DNA from: an uncultured Sphaerochaeta sp.
Lineage (GTDB): Bacteria > Spirochaetota > Spirochaetia > Sphaerochaetales > Sphaerochaetaceae
NCBI GenBank assembly: GCA_965140595.1
Contig: OZ223274.1
Span: 1,806,856-1,870,855 of the forward strand
Direction of reading: 5' to 3'
Length of the DNA stretch: 64,000 nt
Program-made: the position numbers and the translations under genes
Shown here: in pieces, positions 9,262 to 18,131 of the stretch
Layout of the letters: every line of letters starts with the position of its first letter
Numbering within the stretch: the first letter of the stretch is position 1
Notes under the pieces: model-generated
Databases searched by the model: none
What the model was told of the DNA's origin: nothing
Seen by the model: only the letters and a program-made list of their open reading frames with translations

Positions 9262-10542
9262 TCAGTCCTCTGTACCCTCTTGGGCACGGTCGGGATAGGC
9301 AAAAACCTTCCCTTCATAGTTGCGGAGATAGAGGTTCTTCTCGTCTCGTCCCACTTCATAGTCGGGCAGGATGGGGACTTTTCCACCCCCTCCAGGAGTG
9401 TCTATGACATACTGGGGAACAGCATATCCACTGGTAAAGCCCCTGAGGCCTTGGATAAGTTCCTTACCCTTGTCCACCGTTGTGCGAAAGTGTGCAGATC
9501 CTGTGATTGGGTCACACTGGAAGAGGTAGTAGGGCTTGATCCTCACCTTCAGCAGACGGTGGTACAGCTCCATAAGGGTCTCAACGGAATCATTTACCCC
9601 TTTCAGCAGAACAGTCTGACTACCCATGACCACCCCTGCATCAGCTAAGCTGTTGCAGGCCTTGGAGGACTCTTCTGAGATCTCATCAGGATGGGTGCAG
9701 TGCACACTCAGATAAAGGGGCTTGTAGCGCTTGAGGATTCGCAGGAGATTTGGGGTAATCCGTTGGGGAAGTACCATGGGGACCTTGGTCCCTATCCTGA
9801 CCATCTCAACATGCTTGATGGAAGCAATTTCCTTGAGCAACCATTCAATCTTCTCATCAGAAAGGGTCAAGGGATCCCCTCCAGAGATGACAACATCCCG
9901 GATGGCAGGAGTATTCCTGATATACTCTATGGCATTCTTCCAATGAGTTTCCAACGGCTCAGTGTGTCCGCCTACAAGGCGGGATCGGGTACAATACCTG
10001 CAGTAGACTGAACAGAAGCTGGTAGTAAGAAACAGAGCACGATCCGGATACCGATGAACGATTCCTGGGACTGGGCTGGTGTTCTCTTCATGCAAGGGAT
10101 CTTCACTCTCCCCAGGAGAAGTAAAGGACTCAAGGATGGAGGGAACCACACTCTTTCGCAGGGCACTATTCGACTCAGAAGGATCGATAAGACTGAGATA
10201 GTAGGGGGTTACGGAGAAAGGAAAGCTGGATTCAGCATTTTCGAGGGCTTGACGCTCTTCGGTTGTAAGGGTAAGGAAACGGGAGATTTGAGCAAGGGTG
10301 GTAATTCGATGGGATACCTGCCAATGCCAATCATTCCACATTTCTTTGGTCGCGTCCGGAAAATAGGTCTTTCTGAACTTGGTGGTTCGGCTCCAACGAG
10401 AGTTTTCTATGCTTGCTCTGATTCGTTTGGGGTCGCTTGTTCCAGGGACACTCTGTGAAGGGCATACAGGCATGCCTTTGCCTATAAGCGGAGGGTCACC
10501 ATCATCGACATTAATTGTTTGATTTGTAGTAAAATGTTCCAT
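9262..10542 (-). CDS. kamA: Lysine 2,3-aminomutase (radical SAM, PLP-dependent)
   Basis: 426 aa with the radical-SAM CSVYCRYC motif and a KamA-type N-terminus (WHWQVSHRITT). The length matches KamA (about 416 aa) rather than EpmB. Confidence 0.85.
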   Translation of the reverse strand: MEHFTTNQTINVDDGDPPLIGKGMPVCPSQSVPGTSDPKRIRASIENSRWSRTTKFRKTYFPDATKEMWNDWHWQVSHRITTLAQISRFLTLTTEERQALENAESSFPFSVTPYYLSLIDPSESNSALRKSVVPSILESFTSPGESEDPLHEENTSPVPGIVHRYPDRALFLTTSFCSVYCRYCTRSRLVGGHTEPLETHWKNAIEYIRNTPAIRDVVISGGDPLTLSDEKIEWLLKEIASIKHVEMVRIGTKVPMVLPQRITPNLLRILKRYKPLYLSVHCTHPDEISEESSKACNSLADAGVVMGSQTVLLKGVNDSVETLMELYHRLLKVRIKPYYLFQCDPITGSAHFRTTVDKGKELIQGLRGFTSGYAVPQYVIDTPGGGGKVPILPDYEVGRDEKNLYLRNYEGKVFAYPDRAQEGTED

Positions 10543-11454
10543 AGGAACCTTCTTCGATCAGAGCGATTCATCCAAGCAAAAAACCATCATGATCCTCTAA
10601 TCTATTCCTTGCTAAAGTGTATCATCAAGGATAAAAAACGTCTCTAGTAAGATGATGATATTTAGGATATTTTTTAGATATTTGTCAGTGCATTTTACCT
10701 GTGTAAAGAAGAGAAAAAAATTCCACTGACGTGTAGCAATATCTGTCACCGCTTGGGAGAACACTCTAATAGTTTCAAGAGATAGCATTCTGAAGACAAA
10801 TCAGTTTTGCATGCTAAAACTCGTGATTATTCCTTTGTACATGCAGAGAAACTGGTTATGATGCTTTTACGAATGCATGGTATCGAGTGTATCATAATTT
10901 TTCGCTATACTCTCGCTATGAAATATATCGAAAGATATCTGCAACCCAACACAATAACTCGTCTTTACAAAGGAAAAGCTTTCATCCTCTATGCCCCCCG
11001 TCAATGAGGCAAATCGACTCTTATGAAGCACCTTATCAGAGAGCAAAGGCTAGACCCAGTCATCCTCAACAGGGATACTATGGATGTACTTCTCTTCTTG
11101 AAAGAGTCACCATGAGCCAGGGGATCAGATTCTGAATACTAAAATGACTGTATTCATATAAAGACACCAGAGCCTTGTGGGAGGATTTTCTTGTTTTGAA
11201 GAGAGTAAAAGCAAGTATGTATGCTCAAAACTATACCAAATCCTATTTTTGGAGGCCCCTAGCCAAATGAAAGTCGATTATCTCAGGACACAGAATAATA
11301 AGTTAACAGCCTTTACATTCAATTGGAGTCCAAAGATTCAGACCAGAAGAACTAAAACCGTTACAAACAGATATACTGAAGCCTCTCTTATGCTCGTAAA
11401 TTCCAGTAATTGTAACTCTTTCCTCAGGTTACATAGCCCAGATGGCAATCCTTC

Positions 11455-12756
11455 ATGAACCCACCCTTACCTACCCAAAAAGCCCAGAAAGCAGCCTCAC
11501 TTCTACAAGAGGCACTAGACTTCCATAAAGCTCTCGACTATGAGGGAGAAAAGCTCATATCCACTGACTACCTCTTTGGTCCTGCAAGAGGGCAGATGTT
11601 TGGCATCCTCGTCTGTGAGGACAAAGAGGGTAACGAGGTTGTACTCAAGGCCTTCTCCGGCCAATATGATGGAGTGTGGCTCATCCCAGGTTGGGTAGGA
11701 CCCGTAGCCGATCCTCTTTGCTTTGACCAGATAGTCAAAGCAAACGATGAAGCCCTGCATGAATTGACTGACAAGATTACCAGTGGGAAGTATGTCGACT
11801 CTCTTTTGCTTGCTCAACAAAGAAGAGCTCTCTCTCAATCGGTGTTGCAAGAACTCTACCGTCTCTATGAGTTTCGGTGCATCGATGGGAGCACTAAAAC
11901 TCTCTCTGATATCTTTGGCTCAAAGCTGCCCCCTACAGGGACAGGGGACTGCTGTGCACCCAAATTACTGCATTGGGCATGTACCCATGATTTGCAGCCC
12001 ATTAGCATGGCTGAGTTTTATTATGGCTTGCCAAACAAGTCAGGGAACAGAGAGCACAAGGCATTCTATGGCCCTTGTGACGATAAGTGCCAACCATTGC
12101 TCAAGCATATGCTAGGGTTGGACATCATCTACTGTGATGCATCATTGCTTGTGGTAAACAAAGTGGGGGGGCTTCTTTCGGTTCCCGGAAGAGGTGAAGA
12201 TAAACAGGATTGTGTGGAAAGCAGAGTAAGACGCCTTTTCCCTTCTGCACCCAAGCAGTGTGCTGTCCATCGTTTGGATATGGACACCTCAGGTCTGTTG
12301 GTCATCGCCTTGGACAAGGAAACCCACAGGCTTCTCTCAATACAGTTTATGGATAAAGAGATTGAGAAAGAGTACGTTGCCCTCTTGGAAGGGGTGGTCA
12401 AACAAGAAGGGGGAGAAGTAACACTCCCCTTCCGCCTCGATGTGGATCACCGGCCCTACCAGATCTTTGATGAAGAGCAGGGCAAATGGGGAACCACCTT
12501 GTGGAAAAAGCTGCGTGTAGAATCATCAAATGCTGGGTTAGTCACTCGAGTACACTTCACCCCCCTCACAGGCAGGACTCACCAACTGAGACTACACAGT
12601 TCCCATCCCAAGGGTATCGGGCATGCAATAGTAGGTGACCGTCTCTACGGAACAGGCAAAGAGGGTGATAGGCTCTGCCTTCACGCCTCAGTCCTATCAT
12701 TCTTCCATCCTAAAACCGGAGAGAAGCTTTCATTCACCTCACTGACTCCTTTTTAA
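11455..12756 (+). CDS. RluA-family pseudouridine synthase with an about 220-aa N-terminal domain of unknown function
   Basis: The C-terminal half has the RluA catalytic motifs (HRLDMDTSGLLV, THQLRLH). The N-terminal domain contains GDCCAPKLL and was not recognised. Confidence 0.7.
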   Translation: MNPPLPTQKAQKAASLLQEALDFHKALDYEGEKLISTDYLFGPARGQMFGILVCEDKEGNEVVLKAFSGQYDGVWLIPGWVGPVADPLCFDQIVKANDEALHELTDKITSGKYVDSLLLAQQRRALSQSVLQELYRLYEFRCIDGSTKTLSDIFGSKLPPTGTGDCCAPKLLHWACTHDLQPISMAEFYYGLPNKSGNREHKAFYGPCDDKCQPLLKHMLGLDIIYCDASLLVVNKVGGLLSVPGRGEDKQDCVESRVRRLFPSAPKQCAVHRLDMDTSGLLVIALDKETHRLLSIQFMDKEIEKEYVALLEGVVKQEGGEVTLPFRLDVDHRPYQIFDEEQGKWGTTLWKKLRVESSNAGLVTRVHFTPLTGRTHQLRLHSSHPKGIGHAIVGDRLYGTGKEGDRLCLHASVLSFFHPKTGEKLSFTSLTPF

Positions 12757-12938
12757 TATTGGGAAGCAGTAGAAGTAGGAGTACCATTAGGAGTAGTATT
12801 TGTGACAGAAAGAGAAATCCAAGAAAACTTGTTCGAAAGGTATGTATTGCACTTGGATAGTATCATGAAGGTTTCTTACTTTCTCACAGAAACAATATGT
12901 AGTATAGTTAGATTATACATAAGATAGAGGGGAGACCG

Positions 12939-13727
12939 ATGAAGCGAAAAAACAATGCCATCTATGTGGATCTGGAGAATATTCCTGCAAGTTTAGACCT
13001 CAAAAGTCTCTTCGATGAACTGACTCTCAAACACAATACCAATCCAGATGAAGAGAATGTGTTCGTCATCAAGCTAGCCTGTGGCAATGCCGCTTCCATC
13101 AAAAAGCTGGAGAAACAGCTTGCAGAATACAACTTCTACATACGAGATACTCCCTCCATAACCACCAATTACAAGAACAGGGCAGATCTCATCATCTCTC
13201 TCGAAGCCTTGGAAACCATCATCATTCAGAGCCCCATCATTGACCGGTATGTATTCATAACCTCTGACTCTGACTTTACTGTCATCATGGAAACCCTGAG
13301 AAAATATGGCAAGGAAGTCTACCTTGTCACAAAGGAATCAGTCAGTGACAAACCCATCTTCAACAATAGCTGTGATGAGATCCTCATCATGGAATCCTTC
13401 CAGACCAAACCTAAAATAGAGGAAACAAAAACCAATTCGGCAAAAGAAAAGGACAAGGAGAAGCCAGAATCCAACAATACCAAGCGCAATGACAAACTGG
13501 TAGAATCAATCATGAAAAAGGTGATCGACTCCATAGATCCTGATACCTGGTTACTAGTGAGTCTAATTGGGATAAAGTTTCATCAGATGGACAAGAGCAG
13601 AACTATTGAACGAAGCAGCTACAAAACAATAGGAAATCTCATGCTCAAGATGGAAAAAGATAATCTGATAGAGAGAAGACTTAATGACAAGGGACATCCA
13701 GAAGTCAAACCAATCCCCAAACAATAG
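12939..13727 (+). CDS. NYN (LabA-like) domain protein with a C-terminal OST-HTH/LOTUS-like domain
   Basis: It has an N-terminal NYN/PIN-like layout (IYVDLENI, ITSDSDF) and a C-terminal helix-rich module. Confidence 0.55.
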   Translation: MKRKNNAIYVDLENIPASLDLKSLFDELTLKHNTNPDEENVFVIKLACGNAASIKKLEKQLAEYNFYIRDTPSITTNYKNRADLIISLEALETIIIQSPIIDRYVFITSDSDFTVIMETLRKYGKEVYLVTKESVSDKPIFNNSCDEILIMESFQTKPKIEETKTNSAKEKDKEKPESNNTKRNDKLVESIMKKVIDSIDPDTWLLVSLIGIKFHQMDKSRTIERSSYKTIGNLMLKMEKDNLIERRLNDKGHPEVKPIPKQ

Positions 13728-13745
13728 GAATACAGGTGTTTTTCC

Positions 13746-15434
13746 ATGACCAGTAAGCAAAACTCCTTCAAACAAATTCAGCATATCGTGCTTTTTGTTG
13801 TCATGCTCATGTTTGTATTCGCTCTCTATTTGGACTCCTTACTTCAAGTAGAACCCTTGGACAATGAGCGTACTGTAACCTTGGACAATACTTGGGATGC
13901 CTATGTTGATGGTGAACTGCTAGCAACAGGAGTCTCCTTGCCTTATGCATTCCCTAAGCCGTTGACAGGAAAAACCTGCACCATTTCTACCATCCTGCCT
14001 TCAGTCTTTCCAAACGACAATACAAGCATCAACGTTGAGAGCAGTATGGCAGCATTAGACGTCTTCCTTGATGGAAAGAAAATATACTCGCTCGAAGGTC
14101 CTGGAAAAGGATGGGCAAGGCCAGTATTTGGAGGGAATTTCGCAAACTTCATCAGGCTTCCCAATGAAGCAAAAGGCAAGGAACTCTCTCTATCCTATCG
14201 CTTCACCTCCAATACACCCCCCGCTGGAAACGTAAGAGCCCCCGTCATGGGAAGCAAGGCCTCCCTCATACTGCTCAAACACAAACAGTGGCCTTCCCTG
14301 GTGTTTGGCTATACTCTCCTGTTTGTAGGTTTCATCTGTGTCATCGTGCCATTTTTTGGAATGAGTAGAGGAAGAGAGCGAGATAGCTTCATTTACTTCG
14401 GATGGCTGCAAGCCTCTTTGGGTGCTTGGATTTTCTCCCAAAGTCCCAGCAAGCTGCTCACCATCCGCAACCCAGCCCTTCCCATGAACATGAGCTTTAT
14501 TGCACTCTATCTTCTCCCCTTCTTTCTTGTAAACTATGTCTGTAACTCTTATTCAGTGGGAAAACCCATACGAGTAATGCGAAAGATATCCCTTATCTTT
14601 CCTATTGCCTACTTAGTGGGAGGAATACTGCAACTGTTTGGCATCCTCCAATACACTGACCTTCTTGTCATATCTGGCCTATTTTTAGGAATCTTCCTTT
14701 TGCTCTTATTGGGCATGCTTTTTGGCAATCATCTGAAGAAGCAAGCGAACCTCACATCATTCCTCATAGCGATGGGCATCTTGCTTGCCACCATCCTCGC
14801 AGAGGAAGGGTTGCTCATTTTCAACATCAAGCTGAACAGTCCTGTCCTACTGCATTTTGGCATGAGCTTGAGTGGGGCAATTCTATTCTGGCACAGCGCA
14901 AAACAACTGACAGAAAAGACATGTAGCATACTCAAGGAGCAGGTACTCCTTTCGATGGTATATACGGACTCTCTGACTGGCTTGAACAACCGTTCAGCCT
15001 ATGACAAACGCATTGATGAGATCAGCTCAGCATCCAACAAAGCAGAAGTCCTAGGAGTCCTGGTAATGGATATCAATGACCTAAAAGTCATCAATGATAC
15101 TAAAGGACACAAGGCTGGAGATAACGCATTACAAGATTTCACCGCTTGTGTACTCAAACTCTTACCTGAAAAGGCTGAGATGTTTCGTATCGGTGGCGAT
15201 GAATTTGCAGCATTCATTCCCGCTGTCATGGATGACCAGATGGAAAAGCTGGCCAATACTATTACAGAGTACTTCAAAGCGAGAAAATCAATCTATACAG
15301 TAGCTGTCGGGTGGTCCCTTTTCATTCCAAAAAAGAAGGAAAAGTTTATCAATGTCATCAATCATGCCGATAGTTCCATGTACGTATGCAAGGCAAATAT
15401 GAAGCATGGAAGAGTTTCCAAGCTTGACTCTTAA
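13746..15434 (+). CDS. Diguanylate cyclase with an N-terminal 7TMR-DISM-type periplasmic and 7TM sensor module
   Basis: It has an intact RIGGDEF motif and DINDLKVINDTKGH. About 7 hydrophobic helices follow an about 170-aa extracytoplasmic domain. Confidence 0.75.
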   Translation: MTSKQNSFKQIQHIVLFVVMLMFVFALYLDSLLQVEPLDNERTVTLDNTWDAYVDGELLATGVSLPYAFPKPLTGKTCTISTILPSVFPNDNTSINVESSMAALDVFLDGKKIYSLEGPGKGWARPVFGGNFANFIRLPNEAKGKELSLSYRFTSNTPPAGNVRAPVMGSKASLILLKHKQWPSLVFGYTLLFVGFICVIVPFFGMSRGRERDSFIYFGWLQASLGAWIFSQSPSKLLTIRNPALPMNMSFIALYLLPFFLVNYVCNSYSVGKPIRVMRKISLIFPIAYLVGGILQLFGILQYTDLLVISGLFLGIFLLLLLGMLFGNHLKKQANLTSFLIAMGILLATILAEEGLLIFNIKLNSPVLLHFGMSLSGAILFWHSAKQLTEKTCSILKEQVLLSMVYTDSLTGLNNRSAYDKRIDEISSASNKAEVLGVLVMDINDLKVINDTKGHKAGDNALQDFTACVLKLLPEKAEMFRIGGDEFAAFIPAVMDDQMEKLANTITEYFKARKSIYTVAVGWSLFIPKKKEKFINVINHADSSMYVCKANMKHGRVSKLDS

Positions 15435-15471
15435 GCAGTTATGCTGCACGGTTACATATCAGGAGGCTCCC

Positions 15472-16416
15472 ATGAAACGATCCATACTTTTTTTACTGCT
15501 TATGCTCATTTTGCTCAGCCCTCTTGTAGCAACTACAGAAAATACCACTACTTTTGGAGGAACCGAATCTCCTATCCCCACCAGCACAGAGCCAATACCT
15601 AGTGGGGAAGAGCCGACCATCATCACTGAAAACGAAGAGAATGCTACTGATCTCGACATCAGTGAAAAACCAATGCTCTCCAACGATGAGCTCGCAGCTA
15701 CTAAAAACGTAGTGAGCTTCCCTGCAGGAAACACCACAGTATCAGGAGTCAATGGATACTTGGTGCTCCCTAGTGCTGAACCAGCACCCAGTGGAAACGG
15801 AACAAGCATTACCACCGGTTACTCAGGGATTTTCTCTAGAGATGTATACGCTCATGTACCATTTGTCCAGCTGGGCTTTTCGGATATCGCAGAGGTCAGC
15901 CTCGCTGTCGACATAGACACAAAGGTCGACCTCTTGCTCAATGCCAAGTGGCGTTTCTCGCATCAGAAAGAAACGTCCATGGCGATAGGGATGGTAGGAC
16001 AGCTTATCGATGCCACTGCAGCAAATGACCTTGCGGCCCAACTGTACGTTGCTTCCACATTCTCCAGTTCCATCATGGACTTCTCTTCAAAAACCACGGT
16101 CTTGCTGGGATATACCTTCCACAAGGATCTCAATACCAATATTGACTTTGGCATTGCATTCCAGACACCCTTCTTTCCCTCCGCTTTCAAGGAAAAGATG
16201 TTCTTTCTCCTAGACTTCGGCAATGTCTCCTATAGTGTCAGCCCTTCTGCAGGAGATGCTGACAATAGAGGTCTTGTAAACGTGGGCTTGCGCCTGGTCC
16301 CCATAAAAGTCCTCAAATCAGTATATCTCACAGCTGATATCAGGGCCCTAGACCTCTTCGACCACAAGGGACGGGCCTTGAGCCTAGGTATTACACTGGC
16401 ATTCAGACCTGAATAA
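15472..16416 (+). CDS. Secreted Thr-rich hypothetical protein, possible outer-membrane beta-rich protein
   Basis: The start was chosen at MKRSILF after an AGGAGG RBS. It has a signal peptide, a T/P/E-rich linker and a beta-strand-like C-terminus. Confidence 0.5.
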   Translation: MKRSILFLLLMLILLSPLVATTENTTTFGGTESPIPTSTEPIPSGEEPTIITENEENATDLDISEKPMLSNDELAATKNVVSFPAGNTTVSGVNGYLVLPSAEPAPSGNGTSITTGYSGIFSRDVYAHVPFVQLGFSDIAEVSLAVDIDTKVDLLLNAKWRFSHQKETSMAIGMVGQLIDATAANDLAAQLYVASTFSSSIMDFSSKTTVLLGYTFHKDLNTNIDFGIAFQTPFFPSAFKEKMFFLLDFGNVSYSVSPSAGDADNRGLVNVGLRLVPIKVLKSVYLTADIRALDLFDHKGRALSLGITLAFRPE

Positions 16417-16456
16417 CGGATAGATTTGATTTTTCCCTGTAGCTTGTTATTAGGTA

Positions 16457-16497
16457 GAACGGCCCCCACACTTTATTGTGGAGGCCGTTCTTTTTTC
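16457..16497 (+). terminator. Rho-independent terminator (GAACGGCC...GGCCGTTC followed by T6)
   Basis: A perfect 8-bp GC-rich stem with a T-run was seen in the sequence, between convergent genes. Confidence 0.7.
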
Positions 16498-16519
16498 TCT
16501 TATCCTAGCAAATCAAGCG

Positions 16520-17974
16520 TTACTCAAACTCAAAAACCTTGATCATATTGGTCTTCCCGGCACTGCCTACCGGAACCCCTGCAGTTATCACCACAGAATC
16601 ACCTTTCTTGACATACCCATTCTCCTCCAAATAAGACGGAGCATAGGCAAGCAAAGAATCCACACTCTCCTGCTCCTCAATAAGGATTGGGGTTATCCCC
16701 CACGATAGGGCTAATCTCTGCACCACTGTTATATCAGGGCAGAAAGCGAGGATAGGAACACTGGGACGGAACTTTGAAATGAGACGCGCAGTACTTCCTG
16801 ACTTCGTAAAACAAGCGATATAGGATGCCTGGATCGAAAGTGCCAACTCCCTTGTAGAAAACCCGACAGCCTCAGTCCGAGTCTGTTTTTTCCTAGGTAG
16901 CACACTATCTCTAGAATAGAGCTGGTTGAATACCAATCGCTGAAAATCATTGCTACGTTCAGTAAGGAGGACAATCCTACTCATAGTGAGTACAGCTTGC
17001 AAGGGATAATCCCCTGCTGCAGTCTCTCCTGAAAGCATGACTGCACTGGTACCATCAAGGACAGCATTCGCTACGTCATTGGTCTCTGCCCTGGTGGGAC
17101 GTGGGTTGTGCATCATCGACTCGAGCATCTGTGTAGCGGTAATGACAGGCACCCCGCTTGCAATACAGGTACGGATAATGGATTTCTGGATGAGAGGGAC
17201 CTCTTCTGCAGGGACCTCAACCCCGAGGTCCCCACGTGCTATCATGATGACGCTAGACTGCTCCATTATGGAATCCAAAGCGGTGACAGCCTCAGGTTTC
17301 TCAATTTTAGCTATGATGGGTATGGTGCGACCAAACTTCTTCTGCATGAAAGTCTTCAGGGCTTTGACATCTTCTGCGCTACGAACAAAAGAGAGAGCCA
17401 CATAGTCCAAGTTATTCTCAAAGGCAAATGACAGGTCTTTCTCATCCTTCTCAGTAAAGGAACTGAGATGCTTCAGAGGAACCTTGGGGAGGTTCACCCC
17501 CTTCCTGGGTAGTATGACCCCATCCTCAACGAATGTGCAGTGGATGTCAGTATCCTCAATCCTTTCAACGACCAGAGACACCAACCCATCATTGATAAGA
17601 ATCTTACTCCCTGCAAGAATCTCCTGATGCAAATAGGGATAGTCAATGCTGATCCGCTCTCTGGTCCCAATGCAGGGCTTGGTGGATATGATCAGGCTCT
17701 CCCCTTTTTCAAAAGAAAGAGAAGGCTCTGCAAGCTGTCCTACCCTGATCTTCGGTCCCTGGAGGTCCATAAAAATGGTAATGGGAATACCCAACTCTTC
17801 AGACACAGCGCGGGCTCTGTCATACCGAACTTGCTGTTCAGCAGCATCACCATGGCTAAAATTCAATCTGAGCACCCGTGCACCACCCTTGATGATGGAC
17901 ATGATGACTTCCATCGATTCTGATGCCGGTCCGATAGTCGCAACAATCTTGGTATAGGTTCCCTGTATGAGCAT
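16520..17974 (-). CDS. pyk: Pyruvate kinase
   Basis: 484 aa with the N-terminus TKIVATIGPAS and MDLQGPKIR, canonical for PK. Confidence 0.9.
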   Translation of the reverse strand: MLIQGTYTKIVATIGPASESMEVIMSIIKGGARVLRLNFSHGDAAEQQVRYDRARAVSEELGIPITIFMDLQGPKIRVGQLAEPSLSFEKGESLIISTKPCIGTRERISIDYPYLHQEILAGSKILINDGLVSLVVERIEDTDIHCTFVEDGVILPRKGVNLPKVPLKHLSSFTEKDEKDLSFAFENNLDYVALSFVRSAEDVKALKTFMQKKFGRTIPIIAKIEKPEAVTALDSIMEQSSVIMIARGDLGVEVPAEEVPLIQKSIIRTCIASGVPVITATQMLESMMHNPRPTRAETNDVANAVLDGTSAVMLSGETAAGDYPLQAVLTMSRIVLLTERSNDFQRLVFNQLYSRDSVLPRKKQTRTEAVGFSTRELALSIQASYIACFTKSGSTARLISKFRPSVPILAFCPDITVVQRLALSWGITPILIEEQESVDSLLAYAPSYLEENGYVKKGDSVVITAGVPVGSAGKTNMIKVFEFE

Positions 17975-18131
17975 AGTAGCCCCCTTATCCTTCTATCATC
18001 CGGTATAACCATCTTTTTGTAAAGTTTTCTCTAATCGCCCCAACGGGTGAGTTTGATATGATCCTCTTTAGGTAGACAAATCATCTTTGAGGGCGATATC
18101 TGACAGAAGGTCAGAGTCTTATCATAAGAAC

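Noticed and set aside
10543-10800. A possible lysine riboswitch (L-box) in the kamA 5' leader.
   Set aside because: The leader is only about 115 nt between a plausible promoter and the start codon. It lacks the GC-rich multi-helix L-box core (GAGGCGC and related) and is mostly AT-rich.
10807-11458. Small ORFs (66, 82 and 93 aa) in the long intergenic region.
   Set aside because: They have no RBS and low-complexity, basic or aromatic-poor composition. They overlap each other and look like chance ORFs in AT-rich DNA.
16478-16708. A 76-aa plus-strand ORF overlapping the terminator and the pyk 3' end.
   Set aside because: It overlaps a strong terminator hairpin and is antisense to pyk.
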